A stretch of 61,938 bases of DNA, filler included, from Collodictyon triciliatum (taxonomy: Eukaryota): assembly GCA_043381765.1 (NCBI GenBank). It is 6 parts of 6 records of this genome, joined end to end, with 100 filler letters (N's around TTAATTAATTAA, not from the genome) between each part and the next. Parts side by side here need not be neighbours in the genome. Positions count along the whole stretch, not along the records: positions 44,534 to 55,564 come from JBHJMP010002501.1; positions 55,665 to 61,938 come from JBHJMP010002551.1; 4 more parts are not named here. One strand, written 5' to 3'. A model generated the notes under the pieces. That model did no database searches. It saw only the letters and a program-made list of their open reading frames with translations, and was not told the origin of the DNA. Shown here piece after piece: positions 53,351 through 61,938 of the stretch; the stretch's first letter is position 1; every line of letters starts with the position of its first letter. A program made the position numbers and the translations under genes.

Positions 53351-53798
53351 CCCCGTGCAGGTATGTCCTGATGAATCCCATGCAGCTCATCAAAATGGTC
53401 AAAGTACTCGACACTCATTTTGTTTCTTGCCTCAGCATAGGTCGCTCTTCCCTCCTTTTCTTTTCCTTTTTTATTATTAACATGGAGTGGAACGCTTTGG
53501 ACCAAGATTCCCTGCCTCGGGAAAGCGATATGGACTCTGGGAGGGAAATGAGGACAAGTGCCTGTCTGTTCGACCCTCATCAACCCCTAAGCTCTCTTTT
53601 TGTAATCACCAACACGCCATCCCATTGACATCCATTCCTTTTCGTTTTCGTTTTCCTTTTTCTTTTTCCTTTTCCTCCAGACACACGCCAAAACTCTGGA
53701 GCATATGCAAAAACGCCAACAAGAATAAACAAAGCAGAAGAAGAAAAAACATCCAACAAATCATTATTGCATGCGAAATCTTCTCAAGGGGCGTGCCT

Positions 53799-55343
53799 TT
53801 ACACATGCGAATGGCGCACCATGCGGAAGGGGTCCATGGCCAGGAGCGGGAGGACACACAACCCCAGGGCCTGGAGGACATAGATGGGGAGGAAGAGGAC
53901 GTAGTGGGAATGCGCCTGGGACTCGTCGGACTGGAGGCGCCAATGGAGCAGCGCAAGGAAGACAGAGCCTGCAAAGAGAGGGAGGAATGCCGAGAGCATG
54001 GCCGCGATGGTGCGCAGACACGCGCGGTCATCGAGATGGTGGTCGTAGCACACGCAGAATCCGCCCCAGGCGGCAGGCCACATCCCGTGGTCGATGAGGC
54101 AGGCCCAGGCGATTCCCAGCAGCTGCATCGCGCTCGCGTAGTGCCACACGAGAAATGCCTGACCGTAGTCGCTGCTGTCCGGCGCGTGGTTGCCGCCCCG
54201 CCGGTCGAGGACGCGGCCGAGGGCGCCTGCAAAGCCGACAAGCGTCGCAATCGTGAGGAGCTGCACCGCCAGTTCCAGCAGCAGGAAAAGGTGGCCTTCG
54301 AGCAGGTCCTTTGCGCTGCGCTTCCTGGCCGGCTCTGCCCTGCCCGGGCGCCTCTGGTGGGACGCGCGGAGATGCCGCGTGGTGCTGGGCGACTTTGCAA
54401 CCTGCGCGCGGCCATGCAGCAGATCCGACGCGGCCTCATCCAGCGCGCGCCTCACTTGCGCCTGTGCGTGCCGCGCCCACACGGGGACCAGCGCGAGGCC
54501 CAGCAGCAGCAGGAGAGGCATCCACCCGTAGAACACGCCTTCGTCCTCGTCTGCTTTGACCGCCCCCAGCACAGACAGTACAAAGACCGCCCCCGCCACG
54601 CACAGCTCCGGCCATACGGTCGATGCTGTTTCCTTTCCCCTCATGAGGATTCCCCCGACAACCGCAATCGCAAGGAAAAGGGGGATGGCCACCACCACGT
54701 AGTCCGCCTCCGCGAGCTTGCCGTCCAGCTTGGCCGGCAGGAGCAGCGTGAACACAAGCAGCGGACTCTGGACAAAAGCCACAAGGAGTGCCGTCCGTGC
54801 GTTGGATGCGCTTTGCGTGCTGTCGGCCCCAGACTGATTCTTTGCTGCAGGCGCAAACGGCGTTGAGCTTTGTGCGGCCTGGTCGGAAAAGGGTCTTGTT
54901 GCGTCCTTTGGTAGGAGTGATGGTGATGGTGATGGTGATGGTGATGGTGATGGTGATGGTGGCTGTGATGGCAACCATTCATGGCTGGGTGTGAATCCCT
55001 TGGACATGTGCTTCTCCGTCTCTGTCGATAGACGCTCGGAAAGCAGCGGCCTGGAAAGGGACGCTTTTTCTCTCAATGCATCTGCAGCGTATGCCGCATC
55101 CTCGGACGATGTCTTCCATGTGGGCTGCGACTCATGGTCGTTGGTATCTGCAGCATCCGAGCACAACACAGCACTGATGTGTTTCGGCGAAAGCGACAGT
55201 CTTTGGTTGCGCTCTGGTGGGCCGTTGCCTGCGGGCTCGGCTGTGTTTTCGCTCCCGTTGTGCTGCGCAGTTCCGTCGGAAAGAAAAGGCGATTCGGAGC
55301 CGACACTCGCGCTGTCTTTTGCAGCGTTTGCCCGTTGCGACAT
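53799..55343 (-). CDS. multi-pass membrane protein, paralogue of 37191..39983 (TMEM185-like); true 5' end may lie further upstream
   Basis: FVQSPLLVFTLLLPAKLDGKLAEADY and CYDHHLDDRACLRTI...HSHYVLFLPIYVLQ...DPFR align by eye with FVHIPLMTFSIQLPSKLDGELNDEDY and CFDGQFDDRSYLRTI...HSFYMVFVPIYIIQ...DPFR. Confidence 0.75.
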   Translation of the reverse strand: MSQRANAAKDSASVGSESPFLSDGTAQHNGSENTAEPAGNGPPERNQRLSLSPKHISAVLCSDAADTNDHESQPTWKTSSEDAAYAADALREKASLSRPLLSERLSTETEKHMSKGFTPSHEWLPSQPPSPSPSPSPSPSPSLLPKDATRPFSDQAAQSSTPFAPAAKNQSGADSTQSASNARTALLVAFVQSPLLVFTLLLPAKLDGKLAEADYVVVAIPLFLAIAVVGGILMRGKETASTVWPELCVAGAVFVLSVLGAVKADEDEGVFYGWMPLLLLLGLALVPVWARHAQAQVRRALDEAASDLLHGRAQVAKSPSTTRHLRASHQRRPGRAEPARKRSAKDLLEGHLFLLLELAVQLLTIATLVGFAGALGRVLDRRGGNHAPDSSDYGQAFLVWHYASAMQLLGIAWACLIDHGMWPAAWGGFCVCYDHHLDDRACLRTIAAMLSAFLPLFAGSVFLALLHWRLQSDESQAHSHYVLFLPIYVLQALGLCVLPLLAMDPFRMVRHSHV

Positions 55344-55413
55344 GGTTGTATTGGCCACGTCGCCTGAAACGCTCTCGGGAAGCGGCTGGTGTGGTGCTTG
55401 CCGTGTCTGCTGA

Positions 55414-55483
55414 GTGTATGTGTGTGAATGTGTGTGTGTGTGTGTATGTGTGTGTGTGTATGTGTATGTGTGTTGTGTCTTGT

Positions 55484-55564
<81 letters not shown>
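55414..55564. repeat. (TG)n microsatellite at the contig end
   Basis: Directly visible. Confidence 0.95.
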
Positions 55565-55664
55565 NNNNNNNNNNNNNNNNNNNNNNNNNNNNNNNNNNNN
55601 NNNNNNNNTTAATTAATTAANNNNNNNNNNNNNNNNNNNNNNNNNNNNNNNNNNNNNNNNNNNN
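55565..55664. other. artificial contig spacer
   Basis: N44-TTAATTAATTAA-N44. Confidence 0.99.
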
Positions 55665-56008
55665 CGGCACTCGGGAATGCAGTCGGAGGGGGCGTGTTTG
55701 TTGGACTAGCGGCGTTTGCTGTACATGCAGACTTCAATGTACTGACATATCGCATTCAAGCATATTTCCATCGCAAAATGTCGAAGGATGTAGTCCGGGC
55801 CATTGAAGAAGAAGTCGCTGAGGACATCGAAGCAGGGCTTATTTCAAGTACTGATATATTTGGATTCTCTAATGCTGGTGTGTCGAGTATAGAGTTAAAC
55901 AGTGCCGTTGTTGATATCGTTCATGATTACAAGCGCGAAAGTGATGCTCCAGAAACATCTAATGGGGATTATCAATACCACCAAATGAGAATTGACGGCA
56001 ATTGCTAA
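55665..56008 (+). CDS. formate/nitrite transporter (FNT) copy A, 3' end only
   Basis: ALGNAVGGGVFVGLAAFAVHADFNVLTYRIQ is identical to copy B. 'GNxVGG' is the FNT TM6 motif. Confidence 0.85.
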
Positions 56009-57168
56009 TCCAGCTTAAATCCTCTTGACAGGGTCTTGCGATGAGCCAAAAAAAACTGATTAAAATCCCCACCCAAATAATGCAGCCAACACTTTGCTTT
56101 TTGATTAATGAAACATCTTTTGATGATTATTGATCTTGTTCACAGTCATGAGTTCAGATTAAGGAAAAGTTTTTTCAGTTGAATGAAGAAAAAGGGGAAA
56201 TGAAATATATTTATAGAACCAAATGTATCCTTTTTTTCTATAAGAAAAATATAACCCTTTCGTGAGTGTGATGAACAAACTGACATCAATACACCGGTGA
56301 AAACGGGTTTAATTGCGTACTGGATTGGTATTACAGGGAAATTTTAATCCAGCGTAAAAGCGGCACATACTCACGCAAAGCAAGACTCAACAACCAGCCA
56401 CATATTCCTGATAACAAACTGAATGACATCATACAAATCTCTTTCCTCAATAGCTTTCTTCGCCACCTGCACGTTCTCTACTACTCAGACCCTGCGAGAA
56501 GAAACATGTGGAAAGGAAGCTGAGAAAGAGATTAAATCTCATGCAAGCACAAGACCCAGGCTAAAGGCCAAACCGCAGGATGCAATTCCTGAAAACGGAC
56601 TACCTCCCCGCCACCCGGCCACTAAGTGGCTTCATGCAAACGATGACTAGCAAACCAAAGCCAACATCTCCATCGTCCTGCACAAAATTGAAAGGAAGAG
56701 TAAATAAAATCCAGTGTAAAAGCGCCCCTGTCACGGTATTTCTATCCTGTCAACCCCTTCATATGACAAGCAGAGCAGAAAATAGCAAATGCCAGAGCCG
56801 CTAATATACCATATCTATAATATCGTATTAATAATATGGTATACATTCCTTTTTCCAATTATCGGCGCGTGCCAAATTCCTCGTTTGTAGGTATGCGCGT
56901 GCACCAAATGTCCTGCGTCACTTTTACAGCCCGAAACACACGAACATGCAAATGCACACGAAACACACAATCACAAACACGAACCGCAGCCGGAAGCGAA
57001 GCGCGAGCAGCTTTGAAGAAGGAGATCACGGAGCCCAGAGAACGGGCAGCCTGATCAGCACTGATAGCAAGTAGCTGCCTGACCATTCAACTAACAAGGT
57101 TGTGAGCGCGTTGCTCGAAAGCAAGAGACCATCGACACCAAAGTTCAATCGGCTGCATATTCTCAGGA

Positions 57169-58845
57169 ATGGTCAAGTAAGTTTTTTTTCTGTTTTTTTT
57201 TATTTTATTTCTACTCTCCTTTCCTTTTGAGTTAATAGAAAGCTTTTCTATCTTTTGATTAATTACGCCCACTTATTATGATTATCTTTTTCTCCTCTTG
57301 GGAAATGCAGGCCTCCGCTCGCTGTGATGCAGGGCATGAGACGCTTTGAGAAGGGACTCATCAGCTCAAACACCGTTGTGAACCGTGACTACCCAGAGAA
57401 GAAAAAGACTGACCTCAGCAGGAAGCAGGTTTGCCTTATCCTCTTCTCATTGCCCCAACTCCCTCCGCAATATGAAGCCCTACAGGCTTCTCTGTGAATA
57501 AGACCCCTTTTTTTCTCTCTTCTGACACACTCCCTTCTACTCAGTTCCTCACTGCAAAAGAGACCCTCGGCTTCCTCCACGACCTTGGAATACAGAAGGT
57601 GTTCCTTGACATATGCTATTTTATCCTTTTTTTTTTCTCTCTCTCTCTTCCTTTGTGGCCTTGCCCACTCACACACTTTTCTTTCTCTTCGCTGCTGTAT
57701 TCTACCAGGCTACCTATCCCCTCTCCAAGATGATGATTCTGAGCGTCCAGGCCGGCATGTTCAAATCCGTCGCTGTTCTGGTCGGACTTGTCCTTTCGCT
57801 GGGATGCCCCGGCATTACGCACGATAACCCAGGCATCAAGAAGCTGCTGTTCGCCGCCGCTTTCCCTGTCGGTCTGATTCTGGTCACGCTGTACAGCGCA
57901 GAGCTTTTCACAAGCTCGGTTCTTGTGCTTCCGCCCTCGTATTTGGTGGGTAAAATCAAGTTCAAGAATATGATGAAAAGCTTGGTCGTTGTCTTTATCG
58001 GAAACTTTGTGGGGTCGCTGCTGTTTGCATACTTTATGGGACACCTATCGGGTGTGCTGGAAGACGAGCCTTGGAGGTCAGGACTCATCTCATTTGTAGA
58101 GAAGAAGGTATTTCAACTCATACCATATGCAAGAAATGTAGTTACGAGTCTCTTCATACTTATCACACAAAGTCGGACACACTCCTTCCCTTTTTATTTT
58201 TTAAACAAATAACGATAAGAATGTAGTATTGTAAGAATCAAGACGATGATGACATATAATTGTGGTAAATAGGCCCATGCAGGATTCGCGAAGCTGTTTC
58301 TGAAAGGCGTCGGGTGCAACTTCATGATTTGCCTGGGCACATATGCAGCAATGTCGGCCCTGGATGTATCGGGTAAGGTACTCGCGCTGTATCTTCCGTC
58401 GTTCACATTCGCAGCGATTGGATTTGAGCACTCGATTGCAAACATGTTTGTGATACCGCTTGGGATGATGGAAGGAGCAGACGTGACGTATCGACAGTTT
58501 CTCTTGGATGCAGTGTTTGGGTCGGCACTCGGGAATGCAGTCGGAGGGGGCGTGTTTGTTGGACTAGCGGCGTTTGCTGTACATGCAGACTTCAATGTAC
58601 TGACATATCGCATTCAAGCATTTTTCCGTCAGAATGTATCGAAGGACGTAGTCCGGGCCATTGAAGAGGAGACTGAGGATATCGAAGCGGGGGAGATGCC
58701 AAGCACAATAGTGAGCGGAGTCCAGAACGAGTTTTCCACCCCTACAAAGGCTGCACGCCACTCAACATCCGGAGACATTACAGACTCGGGCGATGGTGCG
58801 ATTGAAATGGAAATACGCACAATGCAAGATGAGGACAGCAAATGA
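57169..58845 (+). CDS. formate/nitrite transporter (FNT) copy B, 5 exons
   Basis: MVK|PPLAV...|FLTAKETLGFLHDLGIQK|ATYPLSKM...AGMF...FPVGLILVTLYSAELFTSS...GNFVGS...|KGVGCNFMICLG...GK...GFEHSIANMF...GNAVGG. All are FNT family signatures. Confidence 0.92.
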
Positions 58846-59516
58846 GTCGAACTGAGAAAGGAATGGGGTTTCCTTCCTCGCGTAAACATTGGAGCCGAGG
58901 CATCCACAAAGAGGGATGACTATCAAAGAAAATCAAGAAATAAACTAACCGCACTAAACCCGGCCGTTGCGCCTTGCGCTTTTGCTCGATGACCACGAAC
59001 GTGTCAATCACAACGAGCTGACTGCGTCCCTTGTGTTCCCCTGATAAATCAAATCGGCTGTCTGGTGCTTGTCATCTCCCACCTGTCAAACAAACAGCAA
59101 GCAACACCCTTTTTCTGGCCACAGAACGCACTCGCGACCAACTATCCAAGATAGGCAAGCGCACGGGCAGGCATAACCCGAGCGCGTGCGCCAAAAGAAT
59201 GCGTCGGGTGCATGACTTGCTGGGGTTTGCAGTGCGCGTCTAACCGCCAATCGTGCAGGAATCGGTTCGTGGCACTGATGGATTGAATCGCTAGCACTCG
59301 TGCTCGTGGAACTAGAGCGAGAGGCACACACGTGAATCTGAACCTGACCGAGTGCTTCGTCAGGCTGGCTTTGGTTCTTCATAAAAGTGCAAGTGCAAGT
59401 GTGAGTGTGAGTAATTGAGTATTTGTGTATGCGAGTCCTGGTGGCTCCGTCCTTGTCTTCTGGGTGTTTCTGCATAGAAGGTTGAAGGTAAAATATACAC
59501 GATAATAGTAGGGAAA

Positions 59517-61343
59517 ATGGCGACTCCAATGGCCCCGAACTATATCGTCCGACCGGACCAGCCTGCTGTTCTTGCCAAGCCTTATCGCATCGAACATAGA
59601 CAGGTAATGGTGTGAATCGCACCCTGCTTCTTTTTGTATAACTGCGATGTGCTTTGAAAAGATAGAGAATAACTGCAATGCCCTGCCCATGTCTATAAAA
59701 AAAATACTTCATCACTACTTTTGTTGAGATCTTCAGCGATCATCTGAATATACATCCGGCATTAGTACCTTACTCCAAAGGAAACTATGCATTTTCTCGG
59801 CGACTTGGGTATCATCAAGGTTTGTTTGATTTCATGTTCACTCCAACTTTATAAATGAGCGGCTCTCTAAATGATTAGCATGTATTTTTATGTCTTTTTT
59901 TATGTCTTTTTTATGTCTTTTTTATGTCTTTTTTATGTCTTTTTTATGTCTTTTTTATGTCTTTTTTATGTCTTTTTTATGTCTTTTTTATGTCTTTTTT
60001 ATGTCTTTTATGTCTTTTATGTCTTTTATGTCTTTTATGTCTTTTTTATGTCTTTTTTATGTCTCGTTCCCTATTAACGAGAACCATGTCATAGTGTCAA
60101 TTCACAGACTAAATCATAATTCCGGCACAGGCAACCTATCCTCTCTCCAAGATGCTCATACTGAGTTTCCAGGCTGGGATGTTCAAGGCTATTGCAGGCT
60201 ATGTCGGGCTCATGATTGCGATGGGGTGTCCTGAGCTGACCAGTGGGAATCCAGGACTGAAGAGATTGTTGTTTGCTCTTGCCTTTCCTGTCGGTCTTAT
60301 ACTCGTTAATGTTTATGGAGCTGAACTTTTCACGGGGTCAGTTATGGTTCTTCCGCCATCTTATCTCGTCGGAAAAATTAAGTTCCGTCATATGCTCAAG
60401 AGCCTGCTCGTTGTGTTTGCCGGAAACTTCTTGGGAGGTCTTTTCGTTGCGTACTTTTTGGGCCATCTCACAGACCTGCCTTCCATCGAGCCATGGAAAA
60501 GCGCAATCGTGAAATTTGCAGAGACCAAGGTACTCATCAAAATATTGATAATAATGATTTGTTGACAGATGGACTCATTTTCGCTATTTTTTTCTTTTTT
60601 CTCTTTTACATCTTATATTTCTTATTTTTCGTTTTCGTTTTGGTGTTAAAAACTATATGCAAATTCAGGCACAAGCGGGATTCCGACAAATAGTGCTTCG
60701 TGGGATTGGATGTAATTTCATGATATGTGTGGGCACATACGGGGCCATGTCTGCGCTTGATATCACCGGAAAAGCAGTTGCACTGTACCTGCCCTCATTC
60801 ACGTTCTCGGCCATCGGCTTTGAACACTCTGTAGCAAACATGTTCCTCATTCCATTGGCCCTGCTGGAAGGTGCAGACATCACTGCCAAGCAATTCCTGG
60901 TGGACTCGATAATCGGGTCGACAATTGGGAATGCCATCGGCGGAGGAATCTTTGTTGGACTGGCTGCCTGGGCTGTCCACGCCGACGTGAATGTACTCAC
61001 TTACAAACTAGGCAAAATGTTTGACAAGAACTACGAACCAGAGGTGGAGAAAGCAGTCCAGATGGAAATGGGCTCCATGAACGAGTCACCCTCGGTAACT
61101 TCAACCCTGCAAAATCCTCACGTACTCGTTGCAGAGCACACAAACTATATGGCCAATGGATACGTTATTCCAAATGCTAATCCATCGATACCCAAGGAAC
61201 CTTCTTCAACCCGTATACCTGCACAAATTACAACTCCTGCAAACCAATGCGCCTCTCGACCAACATCGCGGCACGTTGACCAGTTCGGGCGAGCCTTTAA
61301 TCCATTATTCGCATCCGAAGTGGAGGGCCAGTATATTAATTGA
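59517..61343 (+). CDS. formate/nitrite transporter (FNT) copy C, 4 exons
   Basis: MATPMAPNY...|YLTPKETMHFLGDLGIIK|ATYPLSKM...FPVGLILVNVYGAELFTGS...|RGIGCNFMICVG...GFEHSVANMF...GNAIGG. Its intron positions match those of copy B. Confidence 0.92.
59884..60063. repeat. (TTTTTTATGTC)n minisatellite in an FNT-C intron
   Basis: Directly visible, with units of 9-12 nt. Confidence 0.95.
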
Positions 61344-61728
61344 GTCGGGAAGAGGCTACCAAAAAGAAGAAAAAAAAGGGGACATCTCTTAATCAACCAC
61401 CCTCCTTCGCCTCCCTTTCGTTCACAACCTAACATAATACAACTACAAAATTAAACTGGGGAAAGAGTCACACATCCAATAAACATCCGAATTAATACAA
61501 CTTGTCGGCGTCTTTTGGGCGCAGTAAAAAAAAAAAATGTAACTTCCACATAAAAATGACGGTTCGCAACACAATATAAAGTCAGCGCCTGTCACTCAGA
61601 AACACTTGGCCACACTCAATCGCGCCCCTCACGCACACGTTTGCAAAAAACGCGCATATCAGCTGCACTCTCTTTCATTCTTTTTTCGCCTTGAGCCTCA
61701 CTGGTTTATCTTTTCACAGCCTTGTGGA

Positions 61729-61923
61729 ATGGAAGATCCCGCACCATCAAACGAACTGCCTGCTCTGGCCAACTTCATCGGCGGCCGCTTTGTCCCGCCC
61801 GTGAATGCCCAGTATCTGGACTCGCTGAATCCTGCCACGGCAAAGCCCTTCCTCCGCGTCCCTGACTCCGATGAGCACGATGTCCACTTGGCTGTCGCAG
61901 CTGCAAAGGCCGCCTTCCCGACT
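61729..61923 (+). CDS. aldehyde dehydrogenase, ALDH8A1 (2-aminomuconate semialdehyde dehydrogenase)-like, first exon
   Basis: MEDPAPSNELPALANFIGGRFVPPVNAQYLDSLNPATAKPFLRVPDSDEHDVHLAVAAAKAAFPT is a typical ALDH N-terminus, followed by a GTATTA donor. The subfamily call is tentative. Confidence 0.8.
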
Positions 61924-61938
61924 GTATTACGCTTTATA

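Noticed and set aside
53487-54866. 459-aa plus-strand ORF overlapping the TMEM185-like gene
   Set aside because: It is an antisense shadow in GC-rich coding DNA. The minus-strand frame is the one with paralogue support.

Overview
This window is eukaryotic (probably protist) genomic DNA, not a contiguous locus. Six assembly contigs of about 11 kb are joined by artificial 100-nt spacers (N44-TTAATTAATTAA-N44), and most contigs break at simple repeats. Genes are intron-rich, mostly GT-AG with at least two GC-AG introns, and all three standard stop codons terminate genes. Recognisable genes: a DHHC palmitoyltransferase 5' exon, an ERK7/MAPK15 kinase, WDR61/SKI8, an EEPKT-repeat protein, NIFK/Nop15 with a long repeat tail, ESF2/ABT1, an AMPK/MARK-like kinase, a two-domain transmembrane class III nucleotidyl cyclase with degenerate catalytic residues, NAD-glutamate dehydrogenase (GDH2), two TMEM185-like paralogues, DDX56/Dbp9, three tandem formate/nitrite transporters and an ALDH8A1-like 5' exon. 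Most notable: (1) a giant (>2,700 aa) single-pass surface protein that appears to combine TMEM132-like, cohesin-like, dockerin-like, REJ/PKD and GPS modules; (2) the apparent pseudo-cyclase; (3) two ultra-short poly(A)-tailed retro-insertions with target-site duplications next to a decayed LINE-like ORF. All family calls come from motif recognition by eye, and exon boundaries were inferred manually.
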